51,043 nt of DNA from Ginglymostoma cirratum (Eukaryota): the NCBI GenBank assembly GCA_024137785.1, contig JAHRHZ010000085.1:2902975-2954017 (forward strand), given 5' to 3'. The notes under the pieces were generated by a model, which had not been told where the DNA came from, did not search any database, and was given only the letters and a program-made list of their open reading frames with translations. Position 1 is the stretch's first letter; each line of letters begins with the position of its first letter. Shown piece by piece: positions 24,240 to 37,217 of this stretch. The translations under genes and the position numbers were made by a program.

Positions 24240-24730
24240 CACAGCGGCAAATGAGCGCTGTGAATACTAAACATGCAAAAAAGAACACAAAATTAAGGGT
24301 AACAAAATTAGAGTGATTGTATTGCTGAAGCGTGCGAAGACCACCGCTGAAATATGACCCACCAATGATGTACAGTTAGTGTTCTTAAACTGTCTGCTTT
24401 GTGGTAGAATTGATCATGTCTGTAAGCCATGGCAGCTTCTTGTCATAAGAAGCCATTATGTACTGTTGCAAAATAAGAACTAATCTGCTGATGCTTCGCA
24501 AGGAAAGCCTGCAATTTCTTAAAATTAACATGCGCAGTTACCCTACTCAATGGATTGGTGATGCAATATACCTTTATCTCATGCCATTCTTTGAGTATGT
24601 GCTGTTCATATGTAATTGCATCATAGATAGAATAAATTCTGTCCCTAAATAAGTTGGTGTGTGGTTCCTCTCTCTTGTCATTAAGATGGATTATGTGAGT
24701 CTCTCTCATTTGGACTATGGCTGCCATAGT
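24240..24730 (-). mobile_element. Isolated ERV env 3' fragment, same family as 7200-7620 and 39950-40360
   Basis: Nucleotide similarity ('gatcatgtctgtaagccatggcag', 'gcaatttcttaaa'); ORF 24443-24727 ...HVNFKKLQAFLAKHQQISSY matches HVIFKKLRAFLIKHQQSSSH in copy A. Confidence 0.75.
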
Positions 24731-25039
24731 TTCTACGATAGAGAATCCTGTTCCGAACTGATTGCAAAGAGATGGATGCAGATTAACATCTCAAACGTAT
24801 TTGCATTAATTAATATTTATATAAGATAGAAAATAATTTTTCTGGACTTGGAAATGGTGCCTCAATTGCATTAGGGGTGTTGCTGTCAGATGAATTTATT
24901 ATTTATTCCAAGCAAATAAAAACTACCAATGCAAGAACCATGCCCCAAATCTACAGATGGCTTGTTCATTAAATCATTGAAGTTTTGGATTAGTACACTA
25001 ATGTTTAGATTTATCTGAATTATATTATTTACAATGCAG

Positions 25040-25324
25040 CTTCACCAGATCCCTTGAAAATTGTGCCAGTATTGTCAGAAAAACCTTTATCTCTGCAGGA
25101 CTTCTGCCAATGACCAAAATGACTTCAGTGTTCTTGGCACAAAAACGGTACAAAAATCTTGATTGGATTTCGAAATGAACAAGTAAAGAGCAACGGACTT
25201 TGTGAGGTTGTCACCTTCTTCTATGTGTCAGGCGCTGGCGAGTGCTGCACAGTTTACACTTGTCAAGTACATCATGTTTTTGGCTCATTTCCAGCAAATG
25301 TCAGTTACACTGTTGCAAAAGAAT
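25040..25324 (+). pseudogene. Relic D: heavily degraded C1-set exon
   Basis: acaatgcag|cttcaccagatccc; WHKNGTKILIGFRNEQVKSNGLCEVV...VYTCQVHHV; the upstream intron from ~24750 is homologous to the V-C1 intron of A/B. Confidence 0.8.
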
Positions 25325-25450
25325 GTACAACCCTATGACTCTGACAAATGATATTCAAAAAAAAAATCTGTTTGTGAATATGATATTCAAGCCTGTTTAT
25401 GTCTGGTTTACGCTCCAGTTTCTAATTTTGATTTTACATCAACCTGACAG

Positions 25451-25561
25451 CTTTTGCCTCGAAAATCAACGCTGTTATGATCATTGGATCTGTCCATGTT
25501 GCATTTGCAATTATTCTGCTCTCCTCTACGATCGGGATGTTTCTATTCATTATATTCAACG
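25451..25561 (+). pseudogene. Relic D: transmembrane exon
   Basis: tgacag| FASKINAVMIIGSVHVAFAIILLSSTIGMFLFIIFN; homologous to 15651 and 47424; donor mutated (atatgg). Confidence 0.75.
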
Positions 25562-25970
25562 ATATGGCTAGTAATATCCATGTTAAATGAAATATTTAAC
25601 AGGCAGGTACTGAGGAAAATTTGCAATGAAGTTTCACATAATCGGGATCCCACATTCTGCATTGGACAATTATAATAACCATTGGAAGTGAAAATATGTC
25701 AAAACACATGATTTGCTTCAAATCAAATGTCAGGCTTCAATGCGGCCGTTGCAGAGTTACACCTGCACGAGTGAACTTCAGTTATAAGATGGTGCTTCTG
25801 CAGGGTCAACTCATAAAACCTCATTTAATAAATGTATTCATGTCCATGACATTGAGATATATTGAAAAAAAAAGTTGCCAAATTAAAAACCTACACACAA
25901 AAAAAATTACATTCAGTTTCATTGGCTTGTGCATGGATGCAAATACCAATACTCTCTTGTCAACTCATAG

Positions 25971-26034
25971 AAATTTCATGGCACACCAGGCACGCAGAAA
26001 ATAAACAAAAAATCCAACAGGAATGGAAGGTGAG
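25971..26034 (+). pseudogene. Relic D: probable cytoplasmic exon 1
   Basis: Ends NPTGMEGE|gtaagg, aligning with NRTQYEDV|gtgagg; 5' boundary uncertain. Confidence 0.45.
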
Positions 26035-29000
26035 GTAAGGCTATTTTGTTTGCTGCATCGGCTCTGTTTTGCAATCTAGCTGTATGATACCTTTCACCAA
26101 AATTGAAATATTTGAACCACTTTTATAAAGTCTGATAAAATAGACTTATTTTCACTTTTAACACATGATAGTTCAGATGTTTCATACTGTTAACTGTCAT
26201 TTACAATTTGCAAGGCCGCTTTGCTGGTTCCTTTGTGAATACCAAGCTATACCACGCTAGGGGGAAGAACAGGTTTTTTTTGAGGAAGATTATCAAGGAG
26301 GAACACTCCTTCTGAATTATAGACATGTAGCTGAAAATAAACTCAATAATGCCAGCCTCCTTCATGCACCATTTGCATGAGTATATTCCATGTCCTTCGC
26401 TCTATTATTAAATTACAGAGACACACTCTAGCAAATCATTACTTACGCTGTGCGCACTGTCTCTTTCACAAGATGGATTGCTTCATCAATTTGTAGATGT
26501 AGGTTCTTCTCTCCGTCAGCACAACAATCTGTGGTTGTGAGCAGCTTGGAAAAAAAAACAATTTGCAGCTGTGGTGTGCATTTGTTACTATTCGGGACAT
26601 GAATGACGTTGAGAAAGTCAAAAACATTATACCGTTTAAACTTCATGGAAAGAGCAAAGCTGGATGTATTTGTGATCAACTGAGAACATGTTGATACAAG
26701 AGAAAGGTGACGACAGCTACTTCCAAACAAACATCACAATCACACACTTTAGTTTGGGACTACAATAAGCCCCGGGTGGGAACAGTGGGATTGTTTGCCT
26801 TAATATGCATCTTTGGTGCAATTGGATTCTTAAGAACAGCTCAACAGAATTTTGGTTCTGAAGAATAGTCACGAGATCTGAAATGTTAACGCTGCTTTAT
26901 CTCCACAAGTGCTGATGGAGCGGCTGGGATTTTCCAGAAATTTCTGCTTCTGTTTCTGATTTACAGCTTCTGCAGTTCTTTCTGTTTTCTTTTGTTTAGA
27001 GTTTTGGTCTCGGTTGCTGCTGTTGTTCTTTATTCACCAGATTTATTTTTCATTAAAATTGTTTGAATTAAATTCTCAACAGGACAGTTCCATACAACTG
27101 CTCAAGTTTACTCGTTTAGAGAGCTGAATGTTGGTAATTAAAGAGTAGAAAAACAGAAATCATATCTGTCTGAAAAGTTGCATTGTTTCACATGCAGTCC
27201 TCCAGTTACAGATTCAAGTATTTCATATTAATGAGCAGCATTATCAAAATCAGAGGGCGTTTAAACAGCAGTTAATTATATTGATTTGTTCTTTAGAAAA
27301 TAAAGAGCTAACAGATATAATGGTAATTTATTTTGTTGCAATCTACACGGCCATGTCCTCCATTGTATTATTGGGACACTTTCCGAACTTGATGAAGAAA
27401 CTACCAAATAGAAGTTGACAACTGCAGAGAAAGCTTTGCAACTTCAGGTGTCTCTCGAGCATTCTGTGGAAATACACTGGACCTTTGCCTCAACTTTTAA
27501 ATTTCTCAGATATTGTCTCTCGATGGGCTATCGACATAAACACCTTTTCCTTACAGGAGGCAACTTATTTCATGTGTGTTTTACGTCTTAAGAGGCGTTT
27601 AAACCATTTTTAAAGCTCTGATGATCATATGTGAACGCAGTGAATTCTGCATGTGGGGGAAACTCTCGTGTTAATATAATTGTTGCACTGTGTATACGTT
27701 GGTAAAGAGGAAGAAAAGTTACTGAAAACAAAAAAGTGCTGGTGATCACAACGGGTCAGGCAGTATCCATGGAGAGAAAAGTCAATACACACAATTGGCA
27801 TTTTTTTACTTTTCTTTCTGAATACAGTCAAAAGTTATTCAACAATATTTTCAAAGTAAATTTAAACAAATTCCGTTTTAATTTCAATATAAATTGCGTT
27901 TCATCAGACCATGACAGAGTGCAATTCTGTTGAAGAAGTTTCTTATCTGAAACTTTTAAATATCAAACTAATGAAAAAAAAACATTTTGTTTTCCAGGGA
28001 ACTGGATGCGTACAGAGTTCGTCTGCTAAATTTCATTATATTGAAAAATGAAGTTTATTCTGAGATGAAACAAATGTAAACTATCTGTCCACTGGCGAGA
28101 AGGAGATCGGAACAGAAACTTTAGACGATTAAGGCTGCACTTCTTGTTAGCAACGCCAAACATCACAAATGTTGATTACAATATGGATGCTTCACTCTTG
28201 GCTTCAGAAAATAAACTTAACGGATGATAAACATGAACAGCATACAAGATAAATATATAAATGAATTCAAACTGATATAACTTTTTCTTGATCTGGTAGA
28301 TTCCCAGGACGATGGATTTCTGAAACAGAAGAAAAGACTCGGTCCAAAAATGTATTGCTTTGCTCGGGACTTGTGTAGGCACATTTATTGGGTTAATTAG
28401 AAAAAGCTAGTTTTGAGATGAGAGTGGAACTATCTCTGAGACTTTTTCTTCAATGTTATCTGAGGAAATATAAAATCAATCTACACACTGTGTTAACAGC
28501 TGAAACACAGTACAACAGACAAAAAACAAGATAGGTTAGTTGGCTCAAATTTGAATGCGCCCCAGCTATTGTCAACAGCCAAACACAAAGGAACCATTTT
28601 AATTATAAGCGGCCGGAAACCAGCTGATAAATTAAGAAAACAAGAATGTGCTCGAAAGATCCAAGTAATTTGTGTAGTATAGATATCTTTGCTTATGCAC
28701 TTTATTCAGCTACTGTCTGCCCATAAGCCTTCATGTAGCTTAAAAAAATGTTCAAAGAGTTATTTTCTTTCATCAATGTTTCATGAATCCATGCTTTTTC
28801 TGACTGTTTTACTGATTTTAATTAATAGCTGACAATCTGTTTGCAAAATATTATTGTCAAAATACGTGCACGACATTGTTGCCCATCATCCACACATTTG
28901 AGGCCAATGTGGTATTCTTGATCCGCCAGGGATTTCGGGCCATCATTCTATTACAATCTAGCAGGACAAGATCAGATGCTAAAAATTTGTGACAAAACAT

Positions 29001-29169
29001 TTTCATCCATAGCCGCTGGCAGAGAGTATTCTGGTATTTACAAATGGAGGAATAGCGTGCAAGGGCAAGGAGCTTATGCTGAACATACTCAGCACATAAA
29101 TACATGAACACGCAGAAAACATGCATCAGACCTCAGCCAGAAATGGTAGTCATTTCTGGAAATAACATT

Positions 29170-29610
29170 ATAGGAAGATGTGAATGCAATGGAGAGATTG
29201 TAAACAAGGGTTACAAGACATGTTGCAGGGTTGAGAAACTTCAGTTATGAGGATAGGTTGGTGAGCTTGGGATTGTTCGCATGTATAGAAGTGGGCCAAG
29301 AGGGGTTGCGGTACAATGTTCAACATAATGAGAGGTCTGGGCAGAGTAGATAGGGGAAACTGTTCCCATCATTGTCAGTAAATTGGATAACTGGAAGTAA
29401 ATTACTTCATTTTTTAAAAGTTTCCAGAAAGGGAATAATCAGGCTTTTAAAAGAGATGGATACCTGTCACAAAATAAGACAGACAGATGAAGTCATAGAT
29501 AGTGGGTTCATTTTTCTGAAGAAAGGTCCAGACCTGAAAGTTTAGCTTTCCTGCCCCTCTGATGCTGCTTGGCCTGCTGTGTTCATCCAGCTCTGTATCT
29601 TGTTATCTTA
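29170..29610. mobile_element. CR1 fragment and Penelope-type fragment
   Basis: 'cagttatgaggataggttgg...gggaaactgttccc'; 'ttctgaagaaaggtccagacctgaaag...ctgctgtgttcatccagctc'. Confidence 0.6.
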
Positions 29611-30179
29611 GATGAAGTCATATCTCTTAAGATGCAGCACAAAGAGACAAAGTGTGAGTCAGGATTTGATGAATCGAAGAGAGACTTGGACATCAACATT
29701 TTAGACTGGATCCAATATGGATTTTAACGTGGTCTTCTATTTTACTTACAGCACTGTTGGTAACATATTCATTGTGAGCAGTTAGAGTGATTCATAAACT
29801 TCAATTCTTGCATGGTTGTACAAAAGCCAAGAGAAGTATTTTTAAACAATTTGGAGAATCAGCCAAAGTGGCAGTGAAGATGAGCAAAATGAAGCAAACT
29901 TGGTTGTGAAATAAATGTTTCTTTAATGTGATTGTATAACCATAGTTATGTCTATTTTGGAGAAACTCAGGTGAGGCACAGACAACGATGTAGAGCAATG
30001 TTCCTCTGACATTATAAAGTGAAACTTGCATCCATCTTTATGATGCCTTTCAACTACTTGTTGTGAAATTCTCCAAAGGTCACCACCTACATTCCCAAAC
30101 TACATACCAATTGGTCTGTGGCAGCTAAGATATCATGCATGTCAAATAGTAAATGCAGCAACTGATAGGATTGTTTGGT

Positions 30180-32110
30180 CAATTTCTCAGCGACCAGGTC
30201 AGGTGTGTAATTTTACGTACAGCAACATCCAGTTGTGAGAGGTGTTTAACAATGAAACAACTTACTGGAGTAGGCGGCTCCACAAATATTCTCACTCTTA
30301 ATGATGTGGGAGCCCGACTCATTTTTGCAAAAGATGAGGCTGAATCATTTCCAACAAACTTCAGCCAGAAGTGCTGAGTGGATGGGCATACTGACCTACT
30401 CAAAATATCTAAAGCATCACTAATGCTAGTCATCAGCTAATTCAGTTCACTCTACATGATATGACTGAATGCTGCAAAGGTTATTGGCTCTGACAACAGT
30501 CCAGCAATAGTACTGAAGACATATACTCCAGATATATCGGGGTCCCTAGACAAGCTGTTCAAGCACAGCAGCATTACTAGATTCCACCAGACAATGTCGA
30601 AAATTGAAACAAATAAAAACAGAAATTGCAAGAGAGACTCAGTAGGTCTGGCAGTTCTCTGGATAGAAAAACAGACTTAACATTTCATAACTGAAGAAGT
30701 TATACCACATTCAAACATTCTATCTGTTTCTCTCTGCAGCGTTCTCTGTGTTTTATACCTGCCATGAGGGAGGGTGAGTCCAGATGCCGAGGATGCTGTT
30801 TTAAAATTAGTGGTTGCATTTTTGGACAGAGATGAGGATTTTTATTTCCTCTGAGGAAAGGACACAGGGTAAATCCAACCCAACCCATTACTGCCCTATC
30901 AAGATCGTCTTCTTCATCTGTTAAAAAATGGCTGAGGTCCACAGTGCGAGCACTGGTCCTTTGATAGCACAGTCAATGATACCCTGTTCAATTTCCACAG
31001 TTATTGACCTCATTAGTGACTTGGATCAGGTTGTACAGGACTTTGGTGAGGCCACTTTTGGATTACTGTGCACAATTCGGGAAGAATATTACTCAACTGG
31101 AGAGGGCGCAGAACAGGTTTAAAAGGATGTTACTGGGACTGGAGCAGTTGAGTTATGAGGAGAGACTGGATAGGCTGGGACTCTTTTCCACTGGAGCATA
31201 GGAGGCTGAGGGGTGATGTTATAGATGTTTATGAAATCATGTTTCGATGAGGTGAGTAGCAGACGACTTTCCCCTCGGGGAGGGAAATTCAAAACTTGGG
31301 ATCACATTTTAAGGTGAGAGCAGAAACATTTTAAAGGGACCTGAGAGGCACCATTTTTCACACAGAGTGTGGTTTATTATGGAATAAACTGCCAGAGGAA
31401 GTGATAGATGCAGGTAGAGCTACATAATTTAAAGGAAATTTGGACAGGTACATGAATAGTAATGGTTTTATCGATATGGGCCTCGTGCAGGCAAATGGGA
31501 TATGTTTGGTTTGGAAAACTTGATCGGAATGGTCATATTGCACAGTTTATTTCCGTGCTCCATGACTCAATACAAAAAAAAAATCAACTAATGATGAGGT
31601 AAGAGTGACAGGTCTTGATAACAAGCTGCATTTAATTGGGTTTGGCATCAAGGATCCCATACAAAACTGAAGTGAATGGGAATTGAGCGAAATCTCCAGA
31701 GGTTTGAGTTATAATTATCACGAAGGGAGATGGGCCAGATTGTTGGATTTCAGTCATCTCATATCTAGGATATTTCTGATGGTGGCCCTCAGGTTTTATT
31801 TCCTCAGCCCAAACTTCTTCATATCCTTCATCAAAAACCTTCCCTCCACTATTACACCAGTGTTAGTGACATCCACTGGTAATTGCACAATGATCAGCAG
31901 TATTTACATGGCCTCAGTTACTGGAAGTGTCCAAGAGCAAATGTGGTAAAACCTGAACAATGTCCAGGTGTGCGCTGACAAATTCAGGAATCTTTGAAGA
32001 TCACCTTCCAAATCCATACCCACTACTGTCTGAACGTAACCACCTGTATATTGCCATCCATCTGATTTGGAAAGTTATCATGGGTCCTTCAGCGTTGCTA
32101 TGTCAGTGGG
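30180..32110 (+). mobile_element. Nested degenerate CR1-type LINE fragments with a Penelope-type insert (~30610-30740)
   Basis: RT-like relics; ORF 31004-31201 RLYRTLVRPLLDYCAQF...LERAQNRFKRMLLGLEQLSYEERLDRLGLFS is a typical CR1 C-terminus. Confidence 0.75.
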
Positions 32111-32445
32111 AGGTGGGATATTGGCTTAGTGATTAGCACAGTGCCAGGACCCGATGTCGATTCCAACCTTGGGTGACCGTCTGGGTGGAGTTTGCACATT
32201 TCCCTGTGTCTGCGTGTGTTTCCTCCGGGTGTGCCGGTTTCCTTCTACTGTCCAAAGATGGGCAGGTTACGTGCATTGGTCATGCAAACTTGTCCATGTT
32301 GTCTGGGAATGTTCAGGACAGTTGTATTAGCCATGGGATATACAGTGTTACAGGGATAGGGTTGGGGGTGTGGGTCCAGTAGGGGATGTTCTTCAGGGGT
32401 CGCTGTGGAATCAATAGGCCAAATAGCCTGCTTCCACAATGCTTT
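32110..32445 (+). mobile_element. V-SINE (HE1-like)
   Basis: 'gtggagtttgcacatttccctgtgtctgcgtgtgtttcctccgggtgtgccggtttcc'. Confidence 0.85.
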
Positions 32446-33064
32446 AGTTTCTTCTTTTGTGTTAATTTTGGAGTACATCATCTTGATTGGTAATATATTC
32501 CTTTTTACTGCCTCCTGTTGCCCGTTGTGCCTTTCTCTGTCCCTCATTTCCCTTATTCTTATTTTCCCTTCTTCACTTGTATTTGCTTTTGATAGACAAC
32601 ATCTTTCCACATGTGATCCTTCGCCCCCACTATTCAGTTTAAAACCTTCTCTATTTACCTAGTTATGCTAGCCACAGGAGCACTGGTCCGAGCATGGTCC
32701 TGGCCAATGACAATAGTGCAGTACGTTTGAGCTGGGAAGCCTGGGTTCAAGTCTCGCTTCCCATTAATGAACATTTATATTGCACACCATTGTTGCTGCA
32801 ACCTTCCTGATGTATATGTTGCACCAGATATAGATGTGGTGTTGCACAACCTGCATTAATTCCTTACATATTCAACAAGGCTTAGCCACTGTCATGCCTT
32901 TTAATGAAGTTACACATCAATGGTAATCAAATCATCCTTCACAATTCTGTGTTTTCCTTTGTTTGGCTTTAGGATTCCAACTCTACATTGGATTACTTCA
33001 CTTCCAATCCGAATAAGTAATTCTATCAGTTTATTTATAGATGCCATCACAAGGTTCCATTTGT

Positions 33065-33355
33065 GAGGCATGGTTGTTAGCCTCATAGCGCCAGCGACTG
33101 GGATTCGATTCCAGCCTCGGGCATCTGTCTGTGTGGAGTTTGCAGATTCTCCTCGCGTCTGCGTGGGTTTGCTTTGGATGCTCTGGCTTCGTCCCACAGC
33201 CTAAAGATGTGGAGATTAGGTGGATTGGCCTGGTGTGTGTAGGAGAGGTGGGTGAGCCACAATAAATGTGGGGTTACGGGGATTGGGTGGGATGCTCTTT
33301 GCAGTGTTGGTATAAACTCGATGGGCTGAAGGGCCTCCCAACTCACTGTAAGGAT
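33065..33355 (+). mobile_element. V-SINE (HE1-like), counterpart of 427-725
   Basis: 'gattcgattccagcctcgg...gtgtggagtttgcagattctcc'. Confidence 0.85.
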
Positions 33356-35799
33356 TATATGAATCAAAGACAGTAACACTTTATTTGGTGTCGGGACAAT
33401 ACAAGGGAATATTTAATTATTGATGTAAATCATATATTTAATGAATATTCACGCTGGCCATTGGGTGGGATGTTGTTGGTAACGCCGGTGTACCGTCGAT
33501 GGGCCGAATGGGCTCTTTATGCACTTTAGCGCTTCTAAGTTCATGTCTTGTCGAAAATCACGATTTATTAACGTTCAGCGATCGTTTATCCATGAAAGAA
33601 TAAACAAAGTTCGCACGTGTTCCTAACGTAATATCATTCCGAGAATTTTGAGGTCGACTTATTCAGAAAGCCTTGCACTGGATACTACCATTATTATCGA
33701 ACATGAAAGCCTGTAGTGAGAAACGCAGGATAATATTTTGAAGGCCAGGCACAATCAGAGGAGCAGGAAAGCTGACATTTCGGGTCAGGACCCGGCTGCT
33801 CTGATTCTGCCTGGCCTGCCGTGTTCCTCCAGATCCACACTCTGTTAACTCAGACTCCAGCACCGTATGATTTTTTGAAGATAGCTGCTGCATTGAAATG
33901 GCGATTGAAAGGGACTCTGTCAATTAAACACATGCACCTCATATTCTGACATGAACTGAAGTCACTTCGATGTACAAACGCAATTGTTTCTTTTTCTTTT
34001 TTATGCACAGCGTATTAGCTTAAGCACTGAATGGACGTGTTCGTTCTCCTGACTGACAGAGCAGCCGATGAGCCAGCGACATGTCGGTTTCTAGTGCAAT
34101 ACGTCACACTCAGCCGAGCGGGCAAGCAGATGGAAACCTTCTAGAGTTCACCTCAGGTCACGAAATACAACTTCGCTCTCCGGCAATTTTCATACTTCTT
34201 TTAAAAGAATTCCAAACACTTTTATTTTCTACTGACTAGTTTGATCAGTTTTAGCTTTCAGTTATTTATATTCCGTAACGATAAACAGCACGATAGCTGG
34301 CGCTCTTTGCTCTACAGACAAAAAGTATCTGATCCGACCACCAGTGGATCAACTCAAAACTATTAAGCTTCTCCCGCAATGTCTGTTTTTGTTTCAGATC
34401 CCCGGTGTCCGCAGCTCTTTGTCTGATTCCTATCCCAAAATATAGCAAGAGCTCATTCCACCCAATTAAGTTCACAGCTTCTACTCTCATGCATAAGCAG
34501 AAAAGTGGAAATTTTATTTAACACTGTTACGACCAAACCAACGCATTAATAGCTCGTAAATCTTGTTATTTCTTCTTTTATAATGCTCCGTTAGATATTT
34601 TATGTTCTTTCCAGACATCAAAATAGGGTTGGCTCTTGAAATGAAACTGGCAACATAAATTTTATTGTGTTGCTTTCACGGAATGAGGACGTTGTAGGCT
34701 GGGCCAGTATTTATTGGAAACACCTAAATGTCCCTGAGAAAGCCGTCTTGGGCTGTCTTCTTAATCCGCTGTCGTCAACGTGTCGCAGAAACACCGAGTA
34801 AGCAGTTGGGGAGGGATTACAGGAGGGTTTCAACGACAGGGCAGGGGATCGCTGTTTGTTGACCATGTAGTTGCTTGGAAGTGCATTATTTCTCTCTAAA
34901 CAGTAGAATTCAGGAGTTTGCTGAAATCTCTCTACTTGCCTAAATGGCTACAGCTCCCACAGAACTGAGAAGGACGGCATCAGTATAAAGCAGTGAAATT
35001 GACGGACAAGACATTCATTGTCTTAAAGCTTCCAGAAGGAAACACTGTCTCTGAGACTGATTGTCAGGGCTTTCTCAAAACAGTGAATAAACAAAAGGTT
35101 ATTCACTATTATGTATTTGCACTGGATATGTTAATTGAACATATCTCATTTTGTGACCAAATGTGTTTTCATAACGAAAGAGCAGGATCAGACTGAAACA
35201 GTCACTGATCTACAACTTTACATGTGTTCCATGACCAATATGATGCCTTGGATTCGATGGATTTCCCAGCGAAATATTCAGTGCAGCGTTTTTGTGAATG
35301 TCAGTAGGTGTCCCCACCAGGCAAAGTGGAAACTTTGTCCCACGGGTGCTCGAAGCATCAACAAAATTATGCAAATCCACATCCCTTGCCAAGCGGCGTG
35401 CAAGCAACTTCATACAATGAGACAAACGGCAAACTGCAAGAAATAAGTCAGAAGTCAGACGGCAGCAGGTCATAGTCCAACATGTTTATTTGAAATCACA
35501 AGCTTTCGGATCGCTGCTGCTTCATCAGGTGAAGTGCAACGCTCTGAAAGCTTGTCAAATACACCTGTTGGACTATAACCTGATGTCTTGTGACTTCTGA
35601 CTTTGCCCACCTGAATCCATCACCGGTACCTCCACCGCAAGAAATAAGAATATTACGTTTTTACACAATTAAGTCATTGGTAGAAGAGCCAGGGCAAATA
35701 CTCATTCAGTTGAATGAATGATTTCCATCAGTTACTCACCAAGTCCTGGTATCTTTCCAACTCTAATTAAATTACAAATGGCTTTGAATCATAGAATCC

Positions 35800-36090
35800 C
35801 TGTAGGGTAGTGCATCGACCCTCCGAAGAGCATCGCACCCTATCCCCGTTACCCCACCACACCACCACCCCGCATTCCCACGGCTAACCCACCTTTGCCT
35901 ACATGTCCCTGGACTCTGCGGACAATGGAAAAGCCAGCGAACGTGCACATCTTTGCGCTGCTGGAGGAAACGGCAAAAACCCACTCAGACACGGGAAGAA
36001 TGTGCAAACCCCACACAGACAGTCACCAGCTCGAACACGGATCCCTGGCACAAGGAGGCAGCAGTGCCAACCACTGAGCCACCGTGCCAC
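35800..36090 (-). mobile_element. V-SINE (HE1-like), counterpart of 3290-3570
   Basis: Ends in 'aaccactgagccaccgtgcc'. Confidence 0.85.
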
Positions 36091-36630
36091 CAAAACATGT
36101 GTTTTCTTTGAAAGGGCCTCAGTTGTATCCTGTGGCTGAATTGAAAATCTGAGAAATATTTTCTCAAAGAAAGGATATTATCGTTGTGTGGACACGGGTA
36201 TAAAATTGAAGGATGGAGTTTTGGTATTGGTCCGGCCGATATTGCACCCAAGCCTGGTGGGTCATGTGAGTTGATATGGACTCTGACAGTAGTTTCACCA
36301 TCTCGGGGTTGATTTTGCTGTAACTGCAGTTGTCTATCCGTGTTATCATTTCCGCTCACTGTTACCGCAACAAGATCTGATGCGAAAACGCATGCATGTT
36401 GTGCACTCGGCGAGGAATTAGTCACGAGCTTCTTGACTTCATTTAGACGCAAGTGATTAAAATCGATGCATAAGTGATGTTGCAACAAACATTCATCAGT
36501 TCTCTTTTTATATCCAATGTCTGATCTGCCAGATTTTCTTTGTCGCTATGTTTGTGAGTGGATCATTTTGGAACATATGTTTGTTATCAATTTCATATCC
36601 AGGTACATGTTTCTTCTTGCAGTGTTTGAA

Positions 36631-36739
36631 ATGTTCTTTATCAAGACAGAAGAATAATTGAACTGACATTTGACGGATAATCGGAGACTTTTTTCGCATG
36701 TCTTTCACATCAGTTTTGATTGTCCTACGAATCCTCTTG
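36631..36739 (+). pseudogene. Copy B leader exon (disrupted)
   Basis: Same 109-nt length as copy A; TAA at 36655 and a TGA shortly after; donor GTAAGT changed to ATAAGT; hydrophobic core degraded. Confidence 0.65.
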
Positions 36740-36905
36740 ATAAGTGAAAATAGTACAGTTAGGGCAGAAATTCAGATAGTGGAGCAGAATTTAAAGAGCA
36801 AGACATGCTAAATTGTTCCTGTATGAGTGCATTGGATTAATTATGTTATTTCATGGTGCAGTCCAACTTCCCTATTTAATCAGGGTATATTTCTTTTGTT
36901 AACAG

Positions 36906-37217
36906 TTGCTGTGTGCACTTTGGACAATGCTGCTCTGAATATTATGCAAACAAAGGCCCTGATCAATACAACAGCGATCCTGCGATGCGATTTCTCCTTC
37001 GAACTCAACCTTTCAAACATAACGGTTTTCTGGTGGCGGGAAGGTAATAAGATGCTTCTGAAGGAAGACAGTAAAAAGCTCTTCAAAGTCATGAAACGGA
37101 GAGCCTACCTTCATCTCTTCAATGTGACTGTCCTGGATGCTGGAATATATTACTGTGTAGCCACAAATCAGCACAGAACGGTTGATGACAAACACGCTGC
37201 GCAACTTGTTGTCTACG
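36906..37217 (+). CDS. Copy B Ig V-like exon, intact frame (312 nt, phase 1/1)
   Basis: AVCTLDNAALNIMQTKALINTTAILRCDF...VFWWREG...LHLFNVTVLDAGIYYCVA...QLVVY; AG and GT intact. Confidence 0.85.
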
